Assembly: GCA_051294375.1 (NCBI GenBank)
Contig: CM119270.1
Span: 2,573,858 to 2,637,857 of the forward strand
DNA from: Paraspadella gotoi
Taxonomy: Eukaryota; Animalia; Chaetognatha
DNA: 64,000 nt
Reading direction: 5' to 3'
Positions within the stretch are counted from its first letter, which is position 1; each line of letters starts with the position of its first letter. Both the position numbers and the translations under genes were made by a program. This document shows positions 38,871 to 52,899 of this stretch, one piece after another. The notes beneath the pieces are model-generated. The model searched no databases, was not told where the DNA came from, and was given only the letters and a program-made list of their open reading frames with translations.

Positions 38871-41132
38871 TATTCATGTTCGGTTCTTTTTCTCCTATCT
38901 TACCATCATATTTCTACTCTTCTATCTTCTTCGGAGAACTTTAGTCAGAGCATATTAGTGAACTGCTATCATTTGGTCTGTAAAGTAGATCACTTTACCT
39001 TATTACCACTGATCCTCATTTTTCTCGTTTAATTCTAATNNNNNNNNNNNNNNNNNNNNNNNNNCATATCTTTCTAGTTTTACCACTTCCCCTCTCCCTC
39101 TCTCTCATTCTACCCCTTCCCCTCTCCCTCTCTCTCTTTTTGCCCCATTCCCTTCTCCCTCTCTAGTATCTCTTTCATCTTTCTTTCTTTTTATTCTGCT
39201 TTCTTTTTTTCTCTGTCTCGACTTAAAAAAAAAGGAAATGAAAGAAAGATCAGACGTTTAACTTATTCTAAAAGTAAATGTTTATCTTTTCGCGTTAAAA
39301 TCGGTTTTCTCTCTCTTTCTCTCTCTCTCTCTCTCTCNNNNNNNNNNGATCATTTTCATCTTTCAACGAAACTTAAAAGATGCGAAAGTTATTTCCCTTT
39401 ACAAGTTTTCACTAAATCAAGAAAATCATTTTCTCAAGTTATGTATGGATTTATGTTTTTATTTATTTATTTATGGATTTATGTATGGATTTTCCAAATT
39501 AAAGTTTCTATTTAGGATTCAAAAATTGGTAAAACGATAATACAAATTATCCATTCAATAAATAAATAAGCTATCCCACCCCGTCTAGCTATGGATGGGT
39601 ACCTTGCAACCTTTTGACAAAGGCTACAGAATGAGCCTCTTCAAATTACTTGTAATCCTTTAATTCTGTCTTCCTTAATATTTCCTTCATATTAATTGTA
39701 ATCCTTTAATTCTATCATCCTTAATATTTCCTTCATATTTCCTTAATTCTATACTAATACCAATTCCCCTTAAAACTCTTTAATGTATTTTCCACTCTCT
39801 CTCTGTCTTTCTCTCCTTTCACATTCTCTCTCTCTCTATCTCTCAGGCTCTCTATCATCTCTCTCAGATGCTCTTCTCTCTCTCTCTGCTCTCTCTCTTC
39901 CTCTCTCTGCTCTCCTCGTCTCATCTCTCTCTCTCTCGTCTCTCATCTCCTCTCGGTCTCATCTGTCTAACGACTCTTGTTTTCCCTTGATTTAAAAAAT
40001 TTAGCAGCGAACTATTGTTTTCGATTCGGAATTGTCGAAAATCAAAACACAAACAATCCAAGTTATACTCTCCATCTTCTTCATACTGCCTGTTCTCTCT
40101 ACTATCTCCAATCGTCTCTCTGCTCTCTCTCTCTCACACACACAACACTTCCTCCTCGAGGGCCATCCTTTACCGCAGTACATATCTGGGAGACGGCGAA
40201 ACGACTACAACAACACAACAACAGGTTATCTTTCCCTTTTGTTTGTCTTCACTTTCAAAACAAAAACATTTGAGAGAAAAACAAAAGACTTGAAGGTGCN
40301 NNNNNNNNNNNNNNNNNNNNNNNNNNNNNNNNNNNNNNNNNNNNNNNNNNNNNNNNNNNNNNNNNNNNNNNNNNNNNNNNNNNNNNNNNNNNNNNNNNNN
40401 NNNNNNNNNNNNNNNNNNNNNNNNNNNNNNNNNNNNNNNNNNNNNNNNNNNNNNNNNNNNNNNNNNNNNNNNNNNNNNNNNNNNAAGGAAGGAAGGAAGG
40501 AAGGAATGAAGAAAGGAATGAATGAAGGTAAGAAAATAAAAAACGTAAGTAGAGAAGAAAAGAAAATATTCGTTAATTTTTTTTTAAATCGACATCTTCG
40601 ACAAAATGTAAAAAATCGCCAAAGTCATCAGAGATAAGTTAATAATATTTATCATTATATCATCCGAAAAAGGATTTTTTTTCACGAAAGAAAAAAAAAA
40701 GGGTTTAATTTTTAAAAGACTTTCGAACGAGATATAATCGTACACATTAACCATATTAATCTACCCACATCCCTGTGAAGCCTTGTCTGATGCCANNNNN
40801 NNNNNNNNNNNNNNNNNNNNNNNNNNNNNNNNNNNNNNNNNNNNNNNNNNNNNNNNNNNNNNNNNNNNNNNNNNNNNNNNNNNNNNNNNNNNNNNNNNNN
40901 NNNNNNNNNNNNNNNNNNNNNNNNNNNNNNNNNNNNNNNNNNNNNNNNNNNNNNNNNNNNNNNNNNNNNNNNNNNNNNNNNNNNNNNNNNNNNNNNNNNN
41001 CTTGGCGGCACCGTCTCAAACCGGAAGTGACGCAGTCCGCCACGTGGCGTCGTCCCCGACCGGCGTCAACCGGCGTCGTAAAAAGCGAAGGCGTCATAAC
41101 TTTGTTATGAACAATTATTAATGGTCGGGGAG

Positions 41133-41173
<41 letters not shown>

Positions 41174-41787
41174 TCCCTTTATTCTGTGTCGGATAAAAAT
41201 GCCTTAGAAGACGACGGCGACTACGACTACAATAATAACAACTACGATGACGACGACGACGACGACGAAATGGCGTTAAGGTTCCCGCGCTTTTCGTCCA
41301 CAACCAAAGTCTTTTTCTTTCTTTCGATTTGTGTCAACACTTTTTCTTCTTTTCTTTTTCTCTTTTGTCTCTAAAATCTTTCGACCCACGTTGTTCTCTT
41401 CATCTTTAAAACTTAAAAACTTTGAAACTAAAACGATCAATGATCAATCCTTCACTTTTCTATTTCCCCTTTCTCTCTCTTTAAACTTCTATCTTTCTCT
41501 CCTGACCTCTCTTTACCTCTTAAACCTTCATCCTCCTCTTTCCTCTCTTTTCTTTTCCTCTCTTCTCGCTCTTACCTTCTTTACTTCCTCCTCCCGTCCC
41601 TTCCCCTCTTCCTTCCTACTCTCCTCCCTCCTCTTCTCTCTCCTACTCTCCTCCCCCTCTCTCTCTCCCTCTCCCTCTCTTCTCTTCCCTTTCCCTCTGT
41701 TATCGCACCCTTATGATGACGCCTTGACAAGGGAGAGTAAACCCTTCCCGTTTTTTCCATTGATTAAAAAACTTCCTCAATCACGAG

Positions 41788-41823
<36 letters not shown>

Positions 41824-42548
41824 NNNNNNNNNNNNNNNNNNNNNNNNNNNNNNNNNNNNNNNNNNNNNNNNNNNNNNNNNNNNNNNNNNNNNNNNNNNNN
41901 NNNNNNNNNNNNNNNNNNNNNNNNNNNNNNNNNNNNNNNNNNNNNNNNNNNNNNNNNNNNNNNNNNNNNNNNNNNNNNNNNNNNNNNNNNNNNNNNNNNN
42001 NNNNNNNNNNNNNNNNNNNNNNNNNNNNNNNNNNNNNNNNNNNNNNNNNNNNNNNNNNNNNNNNNNNNNNNNNNNNNNNNNNNNNNNNNNNNNNNNNNNN
42101 NNNNNNNNNNNNNNNNNNNNNNNNNNNNNNNNNNNNNNNNNNNNNNNNNNNNNNNNNNNNNNNNNNNNNNNNNNNNNNNNNNNNNNNNNNNNNNNNNNNN
42201 NNNNNNNNNNNNNNNNNNNNNNNNNNNNNNNNNNNNNNNNNNNNNNNNNNNNNNNNNNNAAAAAAGTATGGAATTGAGGAAATTACTATGATAACGAGGC
42301 TTGACGGGAGTCTGTTACGAGCGTTTGTAAAATCATATGTGCTACAATGCNNNNNNNNNNTACTATGATAACGAGGACTGACGGGAGTCTGTGACGAGCG
42401 TTTGTAAAATTATATGTGCTACAATGCTTAATGTGCAAATCTAGTTGCACACGATTCAATTGAAAACGAAAAAAAGTATATCGAAGTGTGAGAGGCCACA
42501 AGAAAGGTTGATGGTGTTAAAAGGGAATGAAAATGTTGGAGTGACTGT

Positions 42549-42592
<44 letters not shown>

Positions 42593-43329
42593 TTGTTGTT
42601 TAAGGAATTGCTCAAACTTGGTGAGGAAAAAGGTTTTCAGATTTATCTCTGACTCAAATGATTCCATGATTCCATGAGCTGATGATCACCGTTTTGACGG
42701 ATCCTGGAATTCGTTCCAGAATAATATTAACGACTGAAAAGAAAATNNNNNNNNNNNNNNNNNNNNNNNNNNNNNNNNNNNNNNNNNNNNNNNNNNNNNN
42801 NNNNNNNNNNNNNNNNNNNNNNNNNNNNNNNNNNNNNNNNNNNNNNNNNNNNNNNNNNNNNNNNNNNNNNNNNNNNNNNNNNNNNNNNNNNNNNNNNNNN
42901 NNNNNNNNNNNNNNNNNNNNNNNNNNNNNNNNNNNNNNNNNNNNNNNNNNNNNNNNNNNNNNNNNNNNNNNNNNNACGCAGCCGACTCTGCCGACGCCGC
43001 CGCCCTTCACCGTCAACACCTTGGAAACGTTCACCCCTGTCACAACGAGTCGCGAATGTGAAGCTTTGGATTTTAACAGCAGATTTTCACGAGCAGTTTT
43101 ACTGCCGGCACACTTTGTTTAAACTGATTAATATAAGTTAAAAATTAAGACTGGTTGATACCAAGATATAATTTTAATAATACTTCTATCTCAATCATTA
43201 ATAATTAATAATTATATTAATATTATATTATCATAAATATAATTGCAAAATTAACGGAGAGTTGATAATTTTATTTACTTAACAATCATTTCTTTCTTTC
43301 TTTATCTCTGTCTTTGTTATCTTCCTTCC

Positions 43330-43504
43330 TTCCTTATCTCTCTATATCCGTTTATTTCTTTCTTTCTTTCTTTCTGTCTGACTGTCTGTCTGTTTTTCTG
43401 TCTTTCTTTCTGTCTGTCTGTCTTTATTTCTTTCTCTCTTTCTTTCTGTCTTTCTTTCTTGCTTGCTTTTTTTATTTCTTTCTTTCTTTCTTTCTGTCTC
43501 TCTG

Positions 43505-43575
<71 letters not shown>

Positions 43576-43592
43576 CTCTTTCTTTCTTTCTT
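43330..43592. repeat. (TTTC)n/(TCTG)n microsatellite
   Basis: Direct. Confidence 0.92.
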
Positions 43593-43964
43593 TACCCAGC
43601 TGACCCTCAAACCCCGACCGCGTCTTCCCCCTCGACGCAGAAACGCTTCCCAAGACGGGACCACGACGCAAAGAGAGAAAGAGAGANNNNNNNNNNNNNN
43701 NNNNNNNNNNNGAAGGAGAGGAGAGTACGAGAGAGAGAAAGACGAGAGAATGAGAGAAAGAGATGAGAGAGAGAGAAATGAGAGAGAGAGAGAGAGAGAG
43801 GGAAAACTTATTTTTAGACGCATTATAATTCACAACTAGTTGTATGCAATATCAAGAGATAAGAGAGAGAGAGAGAGAGAGAGAGAAGAGAAGATCCGAG
43901 AGGGAAGAGGACGAGGGAAAAAGTGGTGAGGAACTGGGCCGAGATGCGAGAGAATTAGCTTACG

Positions 43965-44022
<58 letters not shown>

Positions 44023-44169
44023 GTCTCTCCTCTCTCTCCAATCCCTTCCTCCGTTTTCAAATCACGCACATAATAACGCACCTAATTGGAAGCTGAATTG
44101 TGCGAAATTGATTTCATACATTTATCCTCCTCTCTGAGGGATTTCACGTTTGATACGGCTTTGAGATAG

Positions 44170-45706
44170 AAGACGACGACGACGACCGACGACGGACGAC
44201 GACGAGCGAGCGAACGACAGAGAGATTGAATGTTATGTGGAGCGGTTTTGAAACGCAAGAGGGCAAAAGCGTGGAGCGAGAAATAGGGGGAGAGAGGGTG
44301 AAGGAAGGAAAGGGGACGTGGGTGAGAAGGGAAAAAGAGTGGGATCGGAGAAGGAAAAGGGAGAAAGAAAATAGAAAGAGAAGACAAGGAAGAAAAGATT
44401 ATGATAGAATTATTCTTTGATAATTAAGGTCAGGAAGAAATGAGATATAAAGTTTTAGTTTGTCAAATTGTATTATATAAATATGTATAATTAAAATATG
44501 CAAGCAAAATGATAGAGTTAATAAAAAAGATATGAGGAAAAAGTGAGAAGCTATGAACAAGATGTGAGTGGTCTTTTCATACATAAAACATTTTTTTGGA
44601 ATATTATACCATTCATTGATTAGGAAGCCAAGGTACTGTGGGAGTGAATAAACGAAGACTGTAGAGAGTCGTGATTATAATTATCATTGTAGATTGATGA
44701 ATGCTTAAACCACAAAGCCTGTCCAAATCAGGGGCCCAAGATACTAGCTTATTTAATAAATGAATGTAAATTCTTATATTTGGTTGTACTCAATTCATAA
44801 TAAAAAAAACGCGAAATAACCTAAAAAAACTAATAGAAATAAAAACCCAAACTTCTCCTCCTGCTCCTCCTTCTTCTCTCGAAAGGAAAGAGAGGAAATT
44901 AATAAAAAGAAAAAAAAGAAAAAAGGAAAAATTCTCCTTTCCGAAAAATCATCAACGGGTTCGATTCGGTCTGTCGGTCTGTTTGGAGTAATAGAGATTG
45001 AGGGATGAATAAACGAGGTTCAGTGGCGTGAAAGTTTTTGAGGCAAAACAGAAGGAACAAGAGAGAAAATAAAAAAGACGATGAATCTACGTTTGTGATA
45101 CGGTTGTGCGATGCATTCACATTCATGCAGCAACCAAAAAACAAACTCCAGCATTCATCATTAGCAGCAACCTAAAAACTCACTTCAGCTCGGTATTCAA
45201 CAGCAAACAAAACAATCCAGCATTCTCAATTAAGCAGCAACCAAAACCACCCAGCATCGCTCAGTGGACCAACCACTAATCCATCCCAAAAAACCATCAG
45301 CTCAGTCACCACAAAAACAACTCCAGGCATTCATCATCAGCAGCAACACAAACAACTCAGCATTCAATCATGTCAGCAGCAACAAAAACAACTCAATGCA
45401 TTCAGTTATTCAAGCAGCAACCAAACAACTTCCAGCATTCATTCATCTAACAGAACAAATAATCCAGCATACTTAACACAACCAAAACAACTCCAGCATC
45501 ATATTTCAACAGCAACAAAACCAACTCCAGCACATTATTCAGCAAACCAATCACACTTCACTACAAGTATTCAACAGGCAACCAAAACAACTCCAGCCCC
45601 CTTTTGAGTCCCTGGTTTTTGTCCCAGAAAATTTGGTTGATTTATTCGCTGATCGTTTTCGTCAAAAGACTAATTCTCGGCAGCCACTTCTCTCTCTTCT
45701 CTCTCA

Positions 45707-45742
<36 letters not shown>

Positions 45743-47830
45743 TCTCTCTCGTCTCTCTCTCTTCTTCTCTCTCTCCTCTCTCTCTCCGTCCCCCTCCGTT
45801 TTCCTTTATCGCCCGATTTACATTTGGCGTCTCCCATTTTTTTTCCTTTTCGCATTTCTTATCAACTCAAAAGAGAACTCCGATTCTTTTTTCTTTTTTT
45901 CGTCCTACCCATTTGGCTTTTTCTACTCTCTCCCTCTAACTCTTTCTATCCCCATTTCTTATTTCTATTCCAACCACATTCTATTTTCTCTTTTACTCCT
46001 TTTTCTTTCTCCCCCCTTCCTCCCTCTAACATCCTTTCCATTTGTTTCATCCCTTTTTCTTTCTATTTCTAAATTCCTTTCCTCCTTTTCTATCCTCTCT
46101 TCCACTTCTCTATTTCTTTCCACCTCTGCTATCGAAAGTTTCCAAAAAAAACTCTACTTAGCCCACACCAATTCGACACCTAACCCCTTCTAAATATTAT
46201 TTTTCCTCGCTTCATGACTTACCATAAAGACACCTCTTCCCCCAATCCCTTACTTTCTCGAACCTCTACCAATCTCCCCCACCCACCCCCCCCTCGTTTT
46301 CCAATCTCGAATCTGTCCCTAGTTTAGATTCCATTTGTTGATCTTTTAAACTTCGCACGTTTGTCTCAACCATGAACGAGTCTTTAACCCCGCAGTCTGT
46401 TACGGAGATTTCGGAAACTCGTTTGAATCTCGCAACGGAAAAAAAAAGGAAGATCAAACAAAAAAAAGTTTCTTTTTTTTTTCCTATCCTACAACTATTT
46501 CTATTTCTTCACTCCCTTTCTCTTCTTCCCTTCTCTACCTCTTCCTCTTTCTCCCCTTTCCCTCTTCTTAATCTTTCTTCTATCTAATCCTCCTCTCCTC
46601 TTCCTTCCCTTCCTCCTTTTCTCTTTCTTCCTCTTCCTCCTTTTCTTCCTTTTCTTTTTTCTCCTTCCACAACGTTTCTATCCTCACTCCCTTTCTATTC
46701 TTTCTTCTTCTCTCCTCCTTCCTCCTCTCTTATCTCTCCTTCTCATCCTCCCTCCTCTTAATCGTTCCTCCTCTCCTCTTAATCTTTTCCCTCATCCTCT
46801 CCTCCTTTTAATCTTCCTCCTCTCTTTCCTTCCCTTCCTCCTTCTCTTTCTTCCTCTCTTTCTTCTCTTCCCCCTTTCCCTTTTCCCTTCCTTTTTTATT
46901 TTTTTGCTCCTTACTACAACTTTCTATTCCTCAAATCCCTTAATCTTTCCTCCTCCTCCTCCTCCTTCCCTTCCTTCTCCTACTTAATTTTTCCTCGTCC
47001 TCTTCCTTCCTTTCCTCCTTTCTCTTCTTGCCTCTTTCCTTCTCTTCCTTTTCTTTTTTTTTCTATTTTTTACCACATCCTTCCGCCATTCTCCTTTCTC
47101 TCTCTCCTCCTCCTCCCCCTTCTCCCTTCTCCCTTCTCCCCCCCTCCGACTCAATGATGCTAATGGCATCCAATCCTCGCTCTCGCGCCGGTTTTAAAAC
47201 CACTTGATTAATCATTCAATGCTAATGTCAACTTGTTCCTCCGTTTAGAGCCCTTTTTCGGCGGACCGTCGGCTGCGCTTGAGAACGGCAGCTGGGCTGG
47301 CTGAAGCGCTGCGGCTGCCGCGTAAGTGGCTGTTTGTTGACTGGCTGTGAGAGTCGGTTGTGACGTTTAGAGAGTGGCATGGCAGTTTGTACGCGGCGGC
47401 AGAATTGGCAGTTGCGCAGGCTTGCGATATTTAGATCGTGAATCAATAACAGACATTGAGCGATGTTATGTGAGAAAAATATAAGCTAGTGAATCATTAC
47501 GGCTGTAATCGTGGACTCTGAATTGTGAATCGTTAGTGGACAGGTCGTAGTCTTCCACCTAAACAAATAGCCAAATAAGAATCAATTTACTGTTTGCGTC
47601 GCATTATGTTACCGCTCACTGTTTTAGGTGCAACAAACTTTCTCCCTTGTCTTCGTGCCGGCAATCGAAAACATTTTCTCCGCGCTCCCTCGAAAAGTCG
47701 ACGCGCGGCACGTACGACTCCGCTCCTGCAGCTGCGTCCCCACGCCGGCGCCGCCGGAGTTTGCCGTCGCAGCACCCGGTTTCTCTTGTTATATCATGGA
47801 AAGAAGGGCGAAAGAGACGGAGCGGGAGGC
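44170..47830 (+). repeat. ~3.7-kb block duplicated downstream (44170-45690 at ~50800-52290; 44932-47830 at ~61298-64000)
   Basis: Colinear unique anchors include atgttatgtggagcggttttgaaac, gattcggtc..gtttggagta, ttccaatctcgaatctgtcc and gttaccgctcactgttttagg. Confidence 0.9.
45120..45600. repeat. ~34-35-bp minisatellite (cagcaaccaaaacaactccagcatcagtattcaa), copy 1
   Basis: Degenerate array. Also present at ~51780-52190 and, most cleanly, at ~61480-61720. Confidence 0.85.
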
Positions 47831-48619
47831 GGCATCCTTAAAATCTGGGATCCATAATTTTGGAATGAATTCCCTTGTTTGGTGTTTTGTTGCCCGGAGA
47901 AGATAAGGGAAGAAAGGGGGAGAGAGAGGGGGGAGGAGGAAAGGGAGAAGGAGAGGAAAAGAGAGGAAAAGGAAAAAACGGAAATAAAGAGAAATAAGAA
48001 AGAAAGAATGAAGAGAGAGAGACGAGAAGAGAGATCGAGAGAGAGAGGAAGAGAGGAGGAGAGAAATGAGAGAGAGAGAAGAGAGTTATCCGCGTCCGTG
48101 AGCTAAAAGATATAATAAAAAGGGAAAACAGAGAAACTCTATTGCTAACAACAACGACGACGACACGACGGACGACGACAATTTACGTAACGGGCAAAGG
48201 AACTTGACGCTTTCTCTTTCAATCCGCACCTCCCCACCGCGAATTCCCTCAACGTTGACAACCACCCTCACCTCCCTCACCCCTCCAACCCACCATCAGA
48301 ACCCCTCGACCCTTCCCCCCTTTATTCCCCCTCCCGTTCTCCACTTTTCAGTCCCAATCGTTTCCCCCCCCGCCCCGCTGATTAAAGTTGGACGTCATTT
48401 CGTCGTCGCCGGCATCGTCGTCGTCTCTCGTCGTCGTCTCGGCTACCAATTACGTCATTCGCAGAATCTCCGCCGAACCATGATGACAGCTAATAGTCTT
48501 CCGCCGCGCGATCGCTTCTTTTATGCTTGGTCCGTCGTCTCGTCGTCGTCGTCGTCGTCGTTCGTCGTGCGTCTGTCAGCATCTTTTCGCTTTTCTCCTA
48601 TAATTCCGTGCCGATGTTT

Positions 48620-48875
48620 TATCATCATCTCATTCATCATCATCATCATCATGCATTCATCACATCATCATCATCATCATCATTCATTCATCACATCATT
48701 CATCCTCATCAAATCATCGTCATCATCATCATTATTCATCTTCCATCTATCAATCATCATCACCATATATCGATATCATATATCATCTTCATCATTATCA
48801 GCGTATCATCATCAAAATAATAATCATTATCCATCATCATCATCATCATATCATCATCATCGTCATCATCACCAT
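48620..48875. repeat. Degenerate (ATC)n microsatellite
   Basis: Direct. Confidence 0.9.
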
Positions 48876-49127
48876 TGCGTCCATGTCTGTTGTCTAGTAT
48901 CCTTACATTTAATTACATTATTCTTCATCTTTTTTTCTCGTCTCTGATCGCGAATAAACTCGTCAAGGAGACGCTTCGTTACGCCTCGGGTTGCTAAGGA
49001 GTCCGTGTCTACTTTACGCGCTGCGAAGAAAGTTTCGTCACTGGCGACGCCGTTTGCTAAGACTCGTGACGCGCATTAAAGATGGCACTCATCGAGGGGC
49101 CCTCTGAACGTCAGCGCTAGTACACAT

Positions 49128-49300
49128 TCTTCAAATTTGGCTGTCTCAGCAATAAAGAGCTCTTTTCAAATTGGCGCTCGCAAAGGGCTTCTCAAATTGC
49201 GCTCGTGCAAAGGAGCTCTTTCTGAAATTCGCTCAGCAATGGAGAGCTCTTCTGAAATGGCGCTCAGCAAAGGGACTCTTTTTCAAAATTGCGCTTAGCT
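49128..49300. repeat. ~29-31-bp tandem repeat, ~5-6 copies
   Basis: Consensus approximately caaattggcgctcagcaaagggctcttt. Confidence 0.75.
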
Positions 49301-50799
49301 TATGAGGTACTTCGTCACTCGTCGCTAAGCGGGCGTGAACAAAAGAACAAATGGCCGAAGTGAAGTTATCAAGAGATGCGATTACATCACCCCGTCCCAT
49401 TCATAAAATCTCGCCGAGAGAATGAAGAGAGAGAGAGAGAGATGAGAGAGAGATGAGAGAGAGAGGAAGAGATATAGAGAAGAGAGAAATCTATGGGCCT
49501 TGCTAACTCGAATAAAACAGGCGTACTTTTCTTTCTGTTTTGAATATAAGGATGAAACATTAAAGAAGAAAGGAAGAAAGTCGATATAAGAATGAGACTA
49601 GTTGTTGGTTTTTGTTAGTTGGTCCAGGGTTCGTTGTTTTTGTCCATTGGCACGGTGGTTTATGACGATTACGTATGCATATCTTTAATACTGTAGATTA
49701 TCAAATACAAATTCTATTAATAGATAGAACAAAAATGAATTGTTTGACAAAAGCAAAAAAAGCTCTAAAGCTGAAGGAGTTACGTCTTGAATAGAATGTA
49801 TTATAAACCATAGACTAGGTCTTCAGTCCACGTCCAAAATCATGCATATTGATATTGAATGTTGATTATTTCCTTCGTCGAAAATACTTAAATTAATATG
49901 ATTCATTAAAAAATATATTTTTGACACTGCATAAAATAAAAAAATTCTCATAAAGAATAATACACGTTCTCTTTTTATATAATCCAAACATTAAAAGTTG
50001 AATAAATCTAGATCTCTTCGTTCCGATTTAAAAAAAAAATTAAGAAAATAAATTCATATCATCGTCTAATAGTCAACTCATCTTAGACTCATGAACGAAC
50101 ACGAAAACCAATGTTCTCTCCTTCCTTTATCCTCCATAGTTCATGGATAACGCTCTCGATCTTTTAAGCTCATTACTTCAATCAGACACGTAGCGCACAC
50201 ATATCAAATGTTTTATAAGGCACAACTTCATTACACTTTCTCTCTCTTCCTCTCTCTCTTCTCTCTTCTCTCCTCTCTCTCTCTCCCTCTCCTCTCTCTC
50301 TCTCATCTCTCTATGAACAGACGAACGTCTAGTTTCACACGCTGTTAAGGGAGAGAGAACATGCCTGTTGCAAATCCCCCCTACGCGCTCGCCTTCTTTC
50401 TTTTTTTTCTTTTTTTTTTCTTTTTTTCTCTTCTTGCCTTTATTCTTTTACTCTCTTCATTTCCTTCTGTTAATACAACGCACTTCGACTGGCTCTTCTC
50501 GTACTCTTTTCTATTTCTTTCTTTCTTCTTCTTTCTTTCTTTCTCTTCTTTCTTTCTTCTCTTTCTCTTTCTTTCTTCTTTCTACACAAAAAATCATACA
50601 CCCTATTGAAACAAATTTGTACATAAATATCAAAACAAACTCTCAATACACCCATGTCTTGATTGAATCTAAGTGAATCTAATACTTGAATGTAGATTAA
50701 AACACATAATCTAAAAGCAATCTACTATAACCATTCTTAAAATCAACTTAACCACAGAAAAATATAAAAAAATAATAAAAATAATCAATTCCAACTCTC

Positions 50800-50805
50800 C
50801 CGGAC

Positions 50806-50837
<32 letters not shown>

Positions 50838-52290
50838 ACGACAGGAGAGATTGAAATGTTATGTGGAGCGGTTTTGAAACCAAGAGGCAAAAGCGTGAGC
50901 GAGAAATAGGGGAGAGAAGGCTGAGAGGAAAGGAAAGGGGACGTGGGGTGAGGAAGGGAAAAGAGGAGGTGGGATCGGAGGAAAGGAAAAAGGGAGGAAA
51001 GAAAATAGAAAAGAGAAGAAAAGGAAAGAAAAGATTATGGATAGAATTAGGTAGAGACGTTTATTTCTTTGATAATAAGTCAGGAAGAAATGAGATATAA
51101 AGTTTTAGTTGTGTAAATTGTATTATATAAATATTATAATTAAAATATGCAATGAAAATTGATAGAGTTAGGAAAAAAAGATGAGGAGAAAAGGAGAAAG
51201 CTATGAACAAGATAGAGTGGTCTTTTCATACAATAGAAACATTTTTTGGAAATATTANNNNNNNNNNNNNNNNNNNNNNNNNTACCATTCATTGATAGGG
51301 AAGCCAGGTACTCTGGGAGTGAATAAACGAGACTTGAGAGAGTCTGATTATAATTATATTGTTAAGAGTGAATGGAGCTAAACCACCAAAGCCTGTCCAA
51401 AGTCAGGGGCCAAGATACTAGCTTATTTATAATGATGTAAATTCTTATATTGGTTGTACCAATCATTAATAAAAAAAAACCTGCGAAACTAAAAAAAACT
51501 AATAGACATAAAAACCCAAACTCTCCCCGCCTCCTCCCTTCTTCTCTCGCAAAGGAAAGAGAGGAAATAAAAAAGAAAAAAAAGAAAAAAGGAAAAATTC
51601 TCCTTTTCGAAAAAATCATCGACGGGTTCGATTCGGTCGGTCGGTCTGTTTGGAGTAAAGAGATTGAGGGAGAATAAACGAAGGTTCCAGTGCGTGAAAG
51701 GTTTTTGAAGGCAAAACAGAAGGAACAAAGAGAAAATAAAAAAGACGAATGAATCTACGTTTTGTGATACGTGTGCGATGCATTCACATTCAGCAGCACA
51801 AAAACAACTCCAGCATTCATCATTCACAGCAACCAAAACTCACTTCAGCTCGGTTTCAACAGCAAACAAAACAATCCAGCATTGCATCAATTAAGCAGCA
51901 ACCAAAACCAACTCCAGCATTCATCATTCAGCACACAAAAACAACTCCAGCATTCATCAGTCAGCAGCAACCAAACAACTCAGCATTCAATCATGTCAGC
52001 AGCAACAAAACACTTCAGCATCAGTTATTCAACAGCAACCAAACAACTCCAGCATTCATCATCAAACAGCAACCAAAACAACTCCAGCATCAGTATTCCA
52101 ACAGCAAAACAAAACTCCACAATTATCTCAAGCAAACCAATCCACTTCAAGCAAAGTATTCAACAGGGCAACCAAAACAACTCCAGCCCCTTTTGAAGTC
52201 CCTGTTTTGTTGTCCCGAGAAAATTTGGTTGATTTATTCGCTGATCGTTTTTCGTCAAAAGACTATTCTCGCAGCCATTTCATCTCTCTC
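50800..52290 (+). repeat. Partial duplicate of 44170-45690, including the 34-bp minisatellite
   Basis: Colinear match. Contains a 25-N gap at 51258-51282. Confidence 0.88.
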
Positions 52291-52899
52291 TCATCTCTCT
52301 CTCTCTCTCTCTCTCTGTCTTCTCTCTCTTTCTCTCAGTCTCTTCTCTTCTTCTCTCTCATTTTCTCATCTTCTCATGTCGTCTCTCATCTTTTTTGCTT
52401 TTCTTCTCTCTCTCTTGTTCTAACGATCTATCTATTCCTCATATCTTTCATGATAGTTTGTTGGCTTTCTTTTCGTCTCATTTCTCTTCTTTGGTTTTCC
52501 TTTGCTCGCTAAGTTATTACTTCGACTCCGTATTTTGGTATAAAGGAGGTGGCCTTGTACATATCTCGGCGCATTTTTCAATAAATTACAGGTATATCTA
52601 TTGGTCCGCGTAATTCTCTTTGTTGTAGTTTAACTACCCGCGTTACTGCTTGGTTTTTCTCTCGCACTGTCTCTTGTGTAAGTTGCATTCTCTAATTAAT
52701 CGTTCTGTCTGAATCCTCCGTGTCACCGATACTTCTATTTTCATGACTTGTTCTATCGTGCTTACTTCACGTAGTCTTCTCTTCCTCTTACTCGCTATCA
52801 ATTCTCTATCCATTTGAGTGTTTTGGTCCGATAATTTTTATTATTTGATTCTCCTGATTTCGCTTGACTACGACGATTAGCTTTAACAATTTGCCTTTA

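Noticed and set aside
42679-42712. CTGATGA followed by a small stem as another hammerhead
   Set aside because: It lacks the GAAA core and helices I and III.
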